From an uncultured delta proteobacterium (GTDB taxonomy: Bacteria; Desulfobacterota; Binatia; UBA9968), in contig CAWDPO010000009.1 in NCBI GenBank assembly GCA_963804165.1, forward strand, positions 1 through 64,000: 64,000 nt of DNA, written 5' to 3'. The translations under genes and the position numbers were made by a program. The stretch's first letter is position 1. Every line of letters starts with the position of its first letter. Below the pieces are notes generated by a model. The model was not told the origin of the DNA. It did no database searches and was given only the letters and a program-made list of their open reading frames with translations. Positions 9,877 to 19,201 of this stretch are shown piece by piece.

Positions 9877-10115
9877 TCATGCTTGATGAAACTTTGGAGA
9901 GGTTGCGTCAACGTCGGTGGAGTCGCATTCCATGAACCGAGCGGCAACTTCACCTGCTACAAGGCAGCGCCAGCGTAATCGGGTTAGCCTGTTCGCTTTA
10001 TCCTTGAAGAGGGGAAGGCTAAGGAATAGACACGGAACAGTGCTCGGCGGTAGTATTTAGCCGAACCGGACAAGCAGAAACAGCGGGAAAAAGGTATTGT
10101 TGGGCGATCCTTGGT

Positions 10116-10176
10116 GCCGGGGCAGGACCTTCATTTTGGGTGGGAGTGAATGTTGAAGGTGGATTCCTACCCCAGC
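10116..10176 (-). ncRNA. Candidate sigma54-dependent hairpin RNA 2
   Basis: Stem GCUGGGGUAGG/CCUGCCCCGGC with two G-U pairs, inner stem ACCUUCA/UGAAGGU, loop containing CACUCCCACCC; starts 14 nt after a -12 box. Confidence 0.5.
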
Positions 10177-10189
10177 GAAAAGCAAATAA

Positions 10190-10204
10190 GCAACGGTTAT
10201 GCCT
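10190..10204 (-). promoter_or_regulatory. sigma54-type -24/-12 promoter
   Basis: AGGCATAACCGTTGC (GG-N10-GC with TTGC). Confidence 0.6.
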
Positions 10205-10362
10205 CTAGCTCGATGGCAGTATCGAGCAGTTAACCCGACTTGCGGAAATCGAGCGCTCCTGACGCAAAGGGCAACGTTGCCTGCTGGATTTTTCTCGCGT
10301 ATCGATAAGGTCAGATTGTTCGATCCGGTCGGAACCCGAAATCGCAGTGAATGGAGTAATCA

Positions 10363-10527
10363 ATGGCGGATGGAACGCAGAAAAAACCCGTTACGCTAGA
10401 AGAACTCATGGTCAGCACCCTTGCAGTGGCCGACGCAACGGTAAAACTCTTGATCGCCAAAGGCGTGTTCACTGACGACGAATTTAAGGCGCAGCTAGGT
10501 GCCGAACGGGCGAATTACCTGAGCTAA
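10363..10527 (+). CDS. 54-aa hypothetical protein (below ORF track cut-off)
   Basis: GGAG RBS; MADGTQKKPVTLEELMVSTLAVADATVKLLIAKGVFTDDEFKAQLGAERANYLS*; contains LLIxKGVFTxxEF motif. Confidence 0.6.
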   Translation: MADGTQKKPVTLEELMVSTLAVADATVKLLIAKGVFTDDEFKAQLGAERANYLS

Positions 10528-11615
10528 GGATGCACGTCCTGTGTGAACCAATCGAGCGGCACTTCGCGACCGGCGCCCTTTGCCTTGGCGGCGTCGTACA
10601 CTTTCTTGCCCACCGCGGCGAATTGCGCTCCCATGCCGATATTGTTGACGAAGCCGGTAATCTGACTGTCGGATTCTCGCCCTTTGATTCTGCCCGCCAA
10701 TAGATCCGGTAACGTCGGCAACGCCTTCCAGTCAATGCCGCGGTCGGTCGGATGATCCCGTAACTTGAAGTCTTCCCGTTCGAAGTGAGCGAGGGCCGAC
10801 GAGGTGACATTGTTTTCCGTCGCATGGGTGTGCAACACCAGCGGCTTACATGTCAGAAGCGCCTCGTCGTCGAATTCATCGCGCTGCATGGCGCTGATAT
10901 GTATTCCTTCGGCCAGCGCCCACTTGCCGAGAAACGGCGTGCGCGAGTTCGTCGACGTAATGATGATGTCTACTGCTTTGACGGCTTCCTCGTAGGATTC
11001 AACTGGAACAATCTCGACCCCAACCCGCTCGCTGGTTTCCTTGGCGAATTTCTCACGATTGGCTTTCGTCGGACTGAAGACTTTGATCTTCTTGATCCGC
11101 CTTGCTTCGCATACGGCCATCACCTGCGTGCCGGCCTGCCAGCCGGAACCGATCAAGCCCACGCTCTCGGCATTTTGCCGCGCCAGATATTTCGTCGCCA
11201 CGCCGTTGGCGCCGCCGACTCGAAATCGCTGTAACACGCCGTCGTTCATGATCGCCAGCAGCTCTCCATTCGCCGAGCTAAACAGCATGACAATGCCCAT
11301 CCAGCGATTTCCCGGCAGCATCGGTAACTTCTCGCGTCGCATGCCGCCGCCGCTATCGCGCCAGGCGACGATATCCGAGGAGAAGCGCAGCGCCGCCGTG
11401 CCGAAGTGCGGGCTCGCCCCGCTCATACTCTTCAGATAATGCGCCATCGGTCCTTCAGCACTTTGCGCCGCCGCCGTCGGGCTGTGCACGTCCGAACGGG
11501 GAGCCGTCACTGCTGTTCCTTCGCCCATTTCGCCATAGAGAATCTCCAACGCCTCCATGGTGTCTTTCATGGTGAGCAGCTGGTCGACATCGTCGTTATT
11601 GAGAAACAATGGCAT
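10524..11615 (-). CDS. Ornithine cyclodeaminase / mu-crystallin family protein
   Basis: MPLFLNNDDVDQLL, LQRFRVGGANGVATKYLAR, GLIGSGWQAGTQ, NNIGMGAQFAA. Confidence 0.9.
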   Translation of the reverse strand: MPLFLNNDDVDQLLTMKDTMEALEILYGEMGEGTAVTAPRSDVHSPTAAAQSAEGPMAHYLKSMSGASPHFGTAALRFSSDIVAWRDSGGGMRREKLPMLPGNRWMGIVMLFSSANGELLAIMNDGVLQRFRVGGANGVATKYLARQNAESVGLIGSGWQAGTQVMAVCEARRIKKIKVFSPTKANREKFAKETSERVGVEIVPVESYEEAVKAVDIIITSTNSRTPFLGKWALAEGIHISAMQRDEFDDEALLTCKPLVLHTHATENNVTSSALAHFEREDFKLRDHPTDRGIDWKALPTLPDLLAGRIKGRESDSQITGFVNNIGMGAQFAAVGKKVYDAAKAKGAGREVPLDWFTQDVHP

Positions 11616-11629
11616 GAAGACTCCAAATC

Positions 11630-11699
11630 CGTGTTCGTGACTCGTGATCGTGGTCGCCTCGGAATTCTTAACAAACACGAACCGTGAACACGAGCACGG
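11630..11699. repeat. Inverted hexamer-type (CTCGTG/CACGAG) repeat hairpin
   Basis: ccgtgttcgtgactcgtgatcgtg ... cacgaaccgtgaacacgagcacgg. Confidence 0.55.
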
Positions 11700-11718
11700 T
11701 TATTCTCCTTTTTGAATC

Positions 11719-12714
11719 CTAAAGATTTTTCCCCCACAGCTTGGCGAAGAAACCTTCGTCGACCAATTCCTGGACGATGCTGTTATCGAAGAATTGTTCT
11801 GGCCGCGCCTGCTTCGCCTTAGAATTGGTCCGGGCGATTTCATCGAGAGTGACCTGAAACCCCGCGCGCTTCACGAACGGCACCTTTTCCATGAACTCAT
11901 AGCCGTACTTGAGACTGCCCTCCAGCATTTTCTGATCCTTAATCTTGGTATATTTGGCAAATATCGCCAGTGATTCGGCCTGGCGATTATAAAGAAAGTG
12001 CATCGCCTTGCCATAGGCGCGCAAAAAAGCTTTCGCCTGCGGCCGCTTGTCTTTGAGAAAGCGCTTCGTGGTCGTCAGGGTCAAGTGAACGAACGGAATT
12101 TCATCTTTGGCAAGATTGGCCAACACCTTTGCCCCACCCTGTTCGGCTACATAAACCATCGGATAAGACATCGGTGCGGCGGCGATAATCTTCTTGGAGA
12201 GCGCCGCGGCGATCTCCGGCATACCGCCTATCTGAATGAAGGCCACGTCCCGATGGGCTGCAAGGCCGTGCTTGGCAAGAAACATGCGCATGCCGAAATC
12301 GGTCGCCGCGCCAAAACGAGAAACGCCGATGGTTTTGCCTTTGAGGTCGCTTACGCTGTTGATCTCCGGCGCCGCCATTACATAAAACGGAACGATATTG
12401 ACCGCAGCGCCGATGGCGACCAAATCCGCGCCCTGCAGGCCGGAATCCGCGATCACTTGACTATTCTGCGCGCTGATCACGATTTCGCCTGCCAACGTCG
12501 CCTTGGCGGCGATGGGCGAGCTGGCGATATACATCGTATCGACGTCCAAGCCTTCTTCCTTGTAGAGCCCTGCATCGCTCATGATCCAAAACGGCGCGTT
12601 GAACGCGCTCACCGCGGTCCACGCGATGACAAGCTTCTGCGCTCTCACGTTGCTACTAAAAATCAATGCAGCAATAGCGACACCATGAAATGCGAGCAAT
12701 TTTCTCTTCGTCAT
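11719..12714 (-). CDS. ABC substrate-binding protein, NMT1/SsuA/THI5-like
   Basis: Signal peptide, GLYKEEGLDV, SDLKGKTIGVSRFGAATD, PEQFFDNS. Confidence 0.9.
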   Translation of the reverse strand: MTKRKLLAFHGVAIAALIFSSNVRAQKLVIAWTAVSAFNAPFWIMSDAGLYKEEGLDVDTMYIASSPIAAKATLAGEIVISAQNSQVIADSGLQGADLVAIGAAVNIVPFYVMAAPEINSVSDLKGKTIGVSRFGAATDFGMRMFLAKHGLAAHRDVAFIQIGGMPEIAAALSKKIIAAAPMSYPMVYVAEQGGAKVLANLAKDEIPFVHLTLTTTKRFLKDKRPQAKAFLRAYGKAMHFLYNRQAESLAIFAKYTKIKDQKMLEGSLKYGYEFMEKVPFVKRAGFQVTLDEIARTNSKAKQARPEQFFDNSIVQELVDEGFFAKLWGKNL

Positions 12715-12752
12715 CCCATTACTCCAACTCTCCAGTACTCCATCACCCCATT
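12715..12752. repeat. Octamer (T/C)ACTCCAN tandem repeat; related copies at about 13751-13786, 23561-23585 and 35455-35486
   Basis: ttactccaactctccagtactccatcacccca; the same unit recurs in four intergenic gaps. Confidence 0.65.
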
Positions 12753-12755
12753 CTT

Positions 12756-13745
12756 CTACGACGGATTCTTCCCCCAAAGCTTGGCAAAAAATCCCTCGTC
12801 AACCAGTTCCTGCACCAGACTATTGTCAAAGAACTGTTCTGGCCTGGCCTGTTTTGCCTTGGGATTGGTCTTGGCAATCTGATCCAACGTCACTTGAAAT
12901 GCCTGCGTTTTAACCAGTGGGATCTTTTCCATGAAATCGTAGCCGTACTGGATGCTGCCATCGAGCATCCCCACGTCATTGATCCTGGTGTACTTGGCAA
13001 AGATCGCCCGGGTTTCTTCCTTGCGCGAGTGCATGAAGTGAATCGCCCGGCCGTAGGCCCGAATGAAAGCTTTGGCCTGGGGCCGATGCTCTCTCACCCA
13101 TTTTTTCGAAGTCGTCAGACCGATATGCATGAACGGGATCTCTTCCTTGGCGAGATTCGCGAGCATGCGCATGCCGGCCTGCTGCGCGACGTATACCATC
13201 GGCTGCGACATGGGCGCCGCATAAATCGTTTTCTTGGACATCGCCGCGGCCAATTCCGGCATGCCGCCGATCTGAATGAATGGCACGTCTTTGGCCGCCT
13301 CCAAACCGTATTTGGACAACAACATCCGCATGCCAAAATCAGTCGACGCGCCAAAGCGTGTCACGCCGACGACTTTGCCTTTCAAGTCGGCGACGCTCTT
13401 TATCTCCGGCGCCGCCATCACGTAGAACGCGACCACGTTGGTGATCGCGCCCATGGCCACTAAGTCGCCGCCGCTCAGGCCGACGTCGACGATCACCTGA
13501 CTGTTGGCGCCGGAGAGCACGATATCGCCGGCGAGCGTCGCTCGGGCGACGGTCGGCGAACTGGCGATGTAGACGAGCTCCATGTCGAGGCCTTCTTGTT
13601 TCAAGAGCCCGGCGTCGTTCATAACCCAAAACGGTGAGTTGAGAGCGCTCACCGCCGACCAGGCGATGACGAATTTCTCGGCGCGGGCGACGCTCCAGGA
13701 AAGCACAGCCACCAACATCACACTTATAAAAATTGCCCTTTTCAT
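12756..13745 (-). CDS. ABC substrate-binding protein, NMT1/SsuA/THI5-like (tandem paralog)
   Basis: MKRAIFISVML signal; closely similar to 11719..12714, C-terminus nearly identical. Confidence 0.9.
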   Translation of the reverse strand: MKRAIFISVMLVAVLSWSVARAEKFVIAWSAVSALNSPFWVMNDAGLLKQEGLDMELVYIASSPTVARATLAGDIVLSGANSQVIVDVGLSGGDLVAMGAITNVVAFYVMAAPEIKSVADLKGKVVGVTRFGASTDFGMRMLLSKYGLEAAKDVPFIQIGGMPELAAAMSKKTIYAAPMSQPMVYVAQQAGMRMLANLAKEEIPFMHIGLTTSKKWVREHRPQAKAFIRAYGRAIHFMHSRKEETRAIFAKYTRINDVGMLDGSIQYGYDFMEKIPLVKTQAFQVTLDQIAKTNPKAKQARPEQFFDNSLVQELVDEGFFAKLWGKNPS

Positions 13746-13872
13746 TTCCGCACTACTCCAAACTCCATCACTCCAATTCCTACTCAAAAGACAACTTGCC
13801 GCGCTAGCAGTCGTACCCACAGAGTCTGCTCCTGTCAAGGCAACAAAGATTTGGATGGTGAGTCAATTTGAC

Positions 13873-13940
13873 AGATCCTTCACTTCGTTCAGGATGACAA
13901 CTACGATCCAATGTCATTCTGAGCGCGCAGCGAAGAATCT
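13873..13940. repeat. REP/BIME-like inverted pair (AGATCCTTC..TCAGGATGACA / TGTCATTCTGAGC..GAAGAATCT); second copy at about 55657-55741
   Basis: The same TGTCATTCTGAGCG.CAGCGAAGAATCT unit occurs at two loci. Confidence 0.7.
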
Positions 13941-14028
13941 TTTTGCGCGAGTCGGCTGAGAAATCGTCATCACCAAGATTTTCCTTGAAAAGAGCAACCG
14001 TCTGTCCTATGGTCCGCTGTGATCACCC

Positions 14029-15222
14029 ATGAGCATCCGCAATAAAGCAGCCATCGTCGGCATCGGTGAAACGCCCACGGATCGTCTCGGTTCGAAGCCG
14101 GGCGAGCCGCGTAAATCGAGCGCGGAATATATTTCGGGAGCGCTCCATCTCGCGTTGGCAGACGCCGGGCTGAGTCTAAAAGATTTCCAAAGCCAAGGCC
14201 TCGGCGTCACGATCCCCACGGCGTACCCACAGCCCTTTTGGCCCGAAGAGGTCGCCGAGATTCTCGGCATAACGCCCGGGTTCCTTCTAGGCGGCGCCAC
14301 TGGCGGCGCGGGCGCCGTGTCGCTGCTTGGCGGTATGGCCGCCGCTATCAACTCGGGAATCATTGATCTTGCGCTTGTCATCGGCGCTGCAGCGCCATTC
14401 TCCGAACACTGGGGCGGCGGTATTCAACCTGGCGACATGCGCGACTGGGAAATTCCCTACGGCACCATGGGGCCCAACAGTAAGATCGCCATGGTCATGC
14501 GCCGCTACATGCATCAATACGGCGCAACGCTCGATCATTTCGGCAAGATCGCCGTTGCGGGACGCTATCACGCGAGCTTGAATCCTCTCGCCTATCTAAG
14601 AAAACCGATCACCGTTCAAGATTACAAAGAATCGCGCCTGGTTGCCGATCCGGTGCGTTTGCTGGACTGCGTCATGCCGGCCAACGGCGGCAGAGCGTAT
14701 ATCGTGGCTTCGCCGGAGCGCGCCAAGACGTTGCGCAAAAAACCAATCTATCTAAAAGGCTTCGGCGAACGGAGCAACCCGTCGTACGGCCCGCGCGCCG
14801 GCTCCGATGCGCTCGTCATGGGTGTCAAAGACGCCGGACGGGTCGCCATGGAAATGGCCGGCGTCAAACACAGCGAGATCAATTTTTTGCAGCTCTACGA
14901 CGACTACATCATCGTAGTGTATCTCCAGATCGAAGATCTCGGCTTTTGCGACAAGGGCGATGTGAGCTTTTACGAGCGGACGGATTTCACTTTCAAAGGT
15001 CAACTGCCGATCCAAACCGGCGGCGGCATGATCAATGTCGGCCAGCCGTCGACTGCCGGCGGCACACTGCATATCATCGAAGCCGTGCGCCAGCTGCGCG
15101 GCGAAGGCGGCGAACGCCAAGTGCCGAACGCAAACACGGGATTGGTTTCCGGTCTCGGAGTTCTACCCTACGGTAAAAACCTCGGTTGCTGCGCCGTCGC
15201 GATTTTAGGAAACGAAGCTTAG
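14029..15222 (+). CDS. Thiolase family protein (SCP2-thiolase/aldolase-like)
   Basis: AAIVGIGET, HASLNPLA, RLLDC..ANGG, QLYDDY, QTGGG, EAVRQLRGE. Confidence 0.9.
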   Translation: MSIRNKAAIVGIGETPTDRLGSKPGEPRKSSAEYISGALHLALADAGLSLKDFQSQGLGVTIPTAYPQPFWPEEVAEILGITPGFLLGGATGGAGAVSLLGGMAAAINSGIIDLALVIGAAAPFSEHWGGGIQPGDMRDWEIPYGTMGPNSKIAMVMRRYMHQYGATLDHFGKIAVAGRYHASLNPLAYLRKPITVQDYKESRLVADPVRLLDCVMPANGGRAYIVASPERAKTLRKKPIYLKGFGERSNPSYGPRAGSDALVMGVKDAGRVAMEMAGVKHSEINFLQLYDDYIIVVYLQIEDLGFCDKGDVSFYERTDFTFKGQLPIQTGGGMINVGQPSTAGGTLHIIEAVRQLRGEGGERQVPNANTGLVSGLGVLPYGKNLGCCAVAILGNEA

Positions 15223-15227
15223 ACCCT

Positions 15228-15653
15228 ATGGCTGAAGTCGACGTCAGAAAACCTTTGCCGGCGATCACCACGGAAGCGAAGCCCTTTTGGGATGCCGCCG
15301 CGCAGCAGAAACTCGTCATGCAGCGCTGCCAGGATTGCCACGCTTGGGTGTGGACGCCGCGCCCTTCATGCAACGAGTGCGGCAGCGAACGGGTCGAATG
15401 GACGCCGATGAGCGGCAAAGGAGAAGTTTATTCTTTCACCGTCATCCGCCAAGTCGTCGGCCGCGCCGCCTCGAAAGCTTTCGAGCCCGACATCCCCTAC
15501 GTTATTGCCTGGGTCGATCTCGACGAAGGCCCGAGGCTGATCACGAATATCGTGCAATGTCCGGTGGAAAACGTGAAGCTGGGCATGAAAGTCACTGTCG
15601 CGTTCGAGCAAGCCTCGAAGGATATTTGGCTGCCGAAGTTCAAGCCCGCCTAG
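15228..15653 (+). CDS. Zn-ribbon/OB-fold (DUF35) acyl-CoA-binding partner
   Basis: PFWDAA..QRCQDC..PRPSCNECGS..GKGEVYSFTV..PYVIAWVDLDEGPRL. Confidence 0.9.
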   Translation: MAEVDVRKPLPAITTEAKPFWDAAAQQKLVMQRCQDCHAWVWTPRPSCNECGSERVEWTPMSGKGEVYSFTVIRQVVGRAASKAFEPDIPYVIAWVDLDEGPRLITNIVQCPVENVKLGMKVTVAFEQASKDIWLPKFKPA

Positions 15654-15686
15654 TATTCTGAAACTGACGTTTGCACAAAATTGCTT

Positions 15687-15777
15687 CGTCATTCCGGGCA
15701 AGCTGGCGACGGCCGGCGCGACCCGGAATCCAGGATTTTCCGAGATTTCTGGATGCCGGTTTTCACCGGCATACGGC
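15687..15777. repeat. REP-like element (GTCATTCCGG..CCGGAATCCAG..CTGGATGCCGG..CCGGCAT)
   Basis: Nested palindromes between convergent genes. Confidence 0.6.
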
Positions 15778-15847
15778 AAAGATTTCAACGATCTTTGTTT
15801 GACCGATCGTTTTCGCAACTCTGTCTTCCGCGTTCGAAAGGATGCAT

Positions 15848-16831
15848 TCAACGGCTCGATTTCGCAATCTCTTCGAGCAGCGAGAAATCGTATATCTGCT
15901 CCGGCTTCGGCAATTCTTTGAGACCAGCATCTTTCTGATCCAACTCCAATTCCAACTTCAACGCGCCGGGCGTCGGCTTACCGTCCACCGCCCAACCTTT
16001 GTGGATGGAGTCGTAAATAAACCCCGCCTCATCCTGATTGATCGATAGTTGTTTCATGAGCACATGCGACGTTTTTTCCTTTTGGGTGGCGATGATCCGA
16101 GTGGCTTCGAGACCGCTTGCGACCACCGGCCGCAGAAAATCACGGCTGTGACTGCAACGCGACGCGACCGACATGCCGAGCCCGCTCTGGGGCAGTTCAA
16201 TTCATCGGCAGCGCTGCGCAAGCACGTGAAACCCTGTTTCGCTATGCCGGACTGTCTCTACGCTGTTCAGCATCGCCACTTGCACCGCGCCACTGCTCAG
16301 TGCGGCAGCCCGAGCCGTCCCCGCATTCACCACCTTGTATTCGTCCGGTACGCAGTCCCTTCCGTCTCAGCAGCTTCGCCCAGAACGACATTGACCGTTC
16401 CCTGGGGCGTGTAGCCGCCGATCACCTTGCCGCTGCAATTGCTCGATACTGGTGATTTCTTTATTCGCGACGAGAATAAAATCCGAGCGATTCAGCGACA
16501 CTAGGCCGACCCGAACCGGCGCGCCGCGCAATGCCGCTCGCGCCGTCGAGCCAATGGCCGAGTAACAGTCGAGATCTCCCGACAGCAGCGCAGCGATCCC
16601 CGCTCGCGGTTCGAGTACCAGCACACGCGCATCGTAGCCGTAGCTTTCAAAAATCCCGAGATGTTTGGCCACATAGATGTGGGTCATCGTCGCGGAATGA
16701 TTTGCCAGCGCGATGTGCAGCGGGCGCAGCTTGGGCTTTTGTTGAGCCAGAACCACGTCCGCCGCCGACGTCAATACCATTGCACCGACCGTGACAGCCA
16801 GTCCGAGGCCCGACAAGAATCGCCCAAACAT
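15848..16831 (-). CDS. ABC substrate-binding protein, NMT1/SsuA-like (frameshifted)
   Basis: ORFs 16367..16831 (signal, YVAKHLGIFESYG) and 15848..16174 (PEQIYDFSLL). Confidence 0.8.
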
Positions 16832-16937
16832 GATACGCTCCTCCCGACATTCGCCCGCTAGGGGCTTTCATACTCGTCGTTGGTTTCTACTGTCAATGGC
16901 CAATTGCGGTCGCGAAACAGGATTCACACTCTTACTT

Positions 16938-16975
16938 CTTCCCCCTCGACGGGGGAAGATTGAGATGGGGGTGAT
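16938..16975. repeat. REP-like palindrome CTTCCCCCTCGACGGGGGAAG..GGGGGTGA; related elements at about 55752-55833 and 59183-59203
   Basis: C-run/G-run hairpins followed by a GGGTGA tail. Confidence 0.55.
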
Positions 16976-17056
16976 GACTTACCGACCTGTTCACTTGCCT
17001 AATTCCATCGACGTGCGTTATTGCTTCAGAAAGTTCTACAAATAAAGAGGAACATT

Positions 17057-18514
17057 ATGGACGAAGTCCGCATCATCGACACGACCCTGCGCGACGGCAA
17101 CACCAGCCTATGGGCGCACAACATGACGACGGGCATGATGCATCCGGTGTTGCGCCACATGGATCAAGCCGGTTTCGACGGCATGGAATTTTTCGTCAGC
17201 GGGCGATTCAAGAAAGTCGTCCGCGAGCAGCGTGACGACCCGTGGGACTGGGTGCGCTACGGCCAAAAGGAAATCAAGAACACGCGCCTGCGCTATCACG
17301 GGGGAATGAATAGCGGTTTCACTCTTACGCCTCGCTGCATTCCGCGGCTCATTATCGAACGGGTTGTGCACTACGGTATCACGGTCACCCGACTTTCCGA
17401 TCCGTGGAACGATTACGACGTGCTCGCCAAGGAAGTGGCGGAGTTAAAATCGCTCGGCATGGAATCGGTCGTTAACATCATTTACTCGATCTCACCGCGC
17501 CATACGGATGAGTACTATGCCCGCAAGGCGCGCCAGGCCGCGGCGATGAAACCCTATCGCGTTTGTTTCAAAGACGTCGGCGGCATGCTTACACCTGAGC
17601 GGGCTCGAACGCTCGCTCGCCTGATTCTCGATAACGCCGGCGACGTGCCGGTCGAATTCCACGCGCACTGCAACAACGGTCTAGCGCCATTCAATCTTCT
17701 GGAGGTCGTCAAACAGGGCATCCGTATCGTTCATACCTCGGTGCCGCCGCTGGCCAACGGCTCGGCACAGCCATCGATCTTCAACGTAGTGAGTAATTTG
17801 CGCGCTTTGGGTTACAAACCTTTGGTCAACGAAAAGGTTTTACAGCCCGTCGAGCAACATTTCCGCCGCGTCGCTGAGGAAGAAGGTCTGCCGGTGGGTT
17901 TACCGCGCGAGTACGACCAGACCTGGTATCACCACCAGGTTCCCGGCGGCATGATCTCTAACCTGCGCCATCAACTCAAAATGCTCGGCAAAGAAGACAA
18001 GATGCAGGAGGTGCTGGAAGAAATTGTCCAAGTGCGGGCCGAGCTTGGCTACCCAATCATGGTCACGCCCTTCGCTCAATTCGTCGGGAGCCAGGCGGCG
18101 ATCAACATTATGACCGGCGAGCGCTACAAGGAAGTCACCGATCAGGTCATTCAATACGCGCTCGGTCTCTGGGGCAAAGAAGGCGCGGAGTACATGGATC
18201 CGGAAGTCAAAGCGAAAGTGCTCAATCGCCCGCGCGCCCGCGAAATGGAAAAATTCGAGGTACCCGACGTGTCTCTGGAAGAAGTCAGAAGAAAATACGG
18301 CGGGCCGAGCCTATCGGACGAAGAATTATTGCTGCGTTATTACGCCGGGCCGGAGTTCGTCGATGCGCTGAAAACCGCCCCGCCGAGAAAAGAGTATCTG
18401 GACGCGCGGAAACCGCTGGTGAAGTTGGTCGAAGAACTGGTCAATAGACGAGCCGCTGGACATGTTTACATTCGCCGTGATGGCTTTACATTGTCCGCCG
18501 GCCGCAGCCGGTAG
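17057..18514 (+). CDS. Pyruvate carboxylase subunit B / oxaloacetate decarboxylase alpha-like carboxyltransferase, no biotinyl domain
   Basis: IDTTLRDG, CFKDVGG, FHAHC, HQVPGGMISNL, LGYPIMVTPFAQFVGSQA; no AMKM motif. Confidence 0.85.
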   Translation: MDEVRIIDTTLRDGNTSLWAHNMTTGMMHPVLRHMDQAGFDGMEFFVSGRFKKVVREQRDDPWDWVRYGQKEIKNTRLRYHGGMNSGFTLTPRCIPRLIIERVVHYGITVTRLSDPWNDYDVLAKEVAELKSLGMESVVNIIYSISPRHTDEYYARKARQAAAMKPYRVCFKDVGGMLTPERARTLARLILDNAGDVPVEFHAHCNNGLAPFNLLEVVKQGIRIVHTSVPPLANGSAQPSIFNVVSNLRALGYKPLVNEKVLQPVEQHFRRVAEEEGLPVGLPREYDQTWYHHQVPGGMISNLRHQLKMLGKEDKMQEVLEEIVQVRAELGYPIMVTPFAQFVGSQAAINIMTGERYKEVTDQVIQYALGLWGKEGAEYMDPEVKAKVLNRPRAREMEKFEVPDVSLEEVRRKYGGPSLSDEELLLRYYAGPEFVDALKTAPPRKEYLDARKPLVKLVEELVNRRAAGHVYIRRDGFTLSAGRSR

Positions 18515-18741
18515 GTCCCTGCGCGGTCAGTTGTCGATGGTCTACGCTACTCTCGGCGCAAACCCTACTTGAGCGGCTACTTTTCGCGCCGCACTACCCT
18601 CAATCCTCCTTTCTCTAACCGTGGTTAACATAATTTTTTCCAGCGCTCTGAGTTTTCGGGGAACTTTATTGAATCGAGACCGCTAATACGGAAGTCCCAG
18701 TTCAGCTAAACCGTCAGAGCAAAACACAGGAGGAAAAGACT

Positions 18742-19020
18742 ATGCACAAAAGAAAACCCTTTCAGATTGCTGCGTTCATCCTTTGTGGTGCGCTGGCTCT
18801 GCCCCTCACGCTTTCCGCCGCCGAGAAAGACAACATGATGAAAGACGATAAGAGTAAGATGATGGAAGAAAAGGGCGGCATGATGAAGGGCGAAAAATCC
18901 GGCGCCATGAAAGAAGATAAGGCCAAGATGCAGGAGGACAATATGAAACAGGAAAAAGGCAAGGCCAAAAAAGGCGACGACAAAATGAAAATGGATAAGA
19001 TGGAAGACAAGAAGATGTAA
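18742..19020 (+). CDS. Secreted Met/Lys/Asp-rich (pentapeptide MXKDX-like) protein
   Basis: AGGAGG RBS, signal peptide, MMKDD/MKEDK/MEDKKM repeats. Confidence 0.75.
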   Translation: MHKRKPFQIAAFILCGALALPLTLSAAEKDNMMKDDKSKMMEEKGGMMKGEKSGAMKEDKAKMQEDNMKQEKGKAKKGDDKMKMDKMEDKKM

Positions 19021-19201
19021 CGGTCCCTTGAACTCAAATTGCCGCGGGATGTCGAGTCAGACAAGATCGGCCCATCCTGCCAACGGTTGCCGCCGGTAAC
19101 TAACCTCTTCTCCATCGGTGGCCAGCCGTTGTTTTTGTGTGCCCTCACGGAGATATCCGGTATCTAGGCGTCAATATTACAGAGGGAATCCGGTGCCGCG
19201 C

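Noticed and set aside
10112-10128. GTCCTGCCCCGGCACCA on the minus strand resembles a tRNA 3' end (att site)
   Set aside because: No TTCG T-loop; most of it is the 3' arm of hairpin RNA 2, and it does not match either tRNA in the window
11998-13463. Long antisense ORFs opposite the SBP genes (also at 47335, 52840, 56319 and others)
   Set aside because: Shadow frames from GC-rich codon bias; the sense strand has clear family motifs
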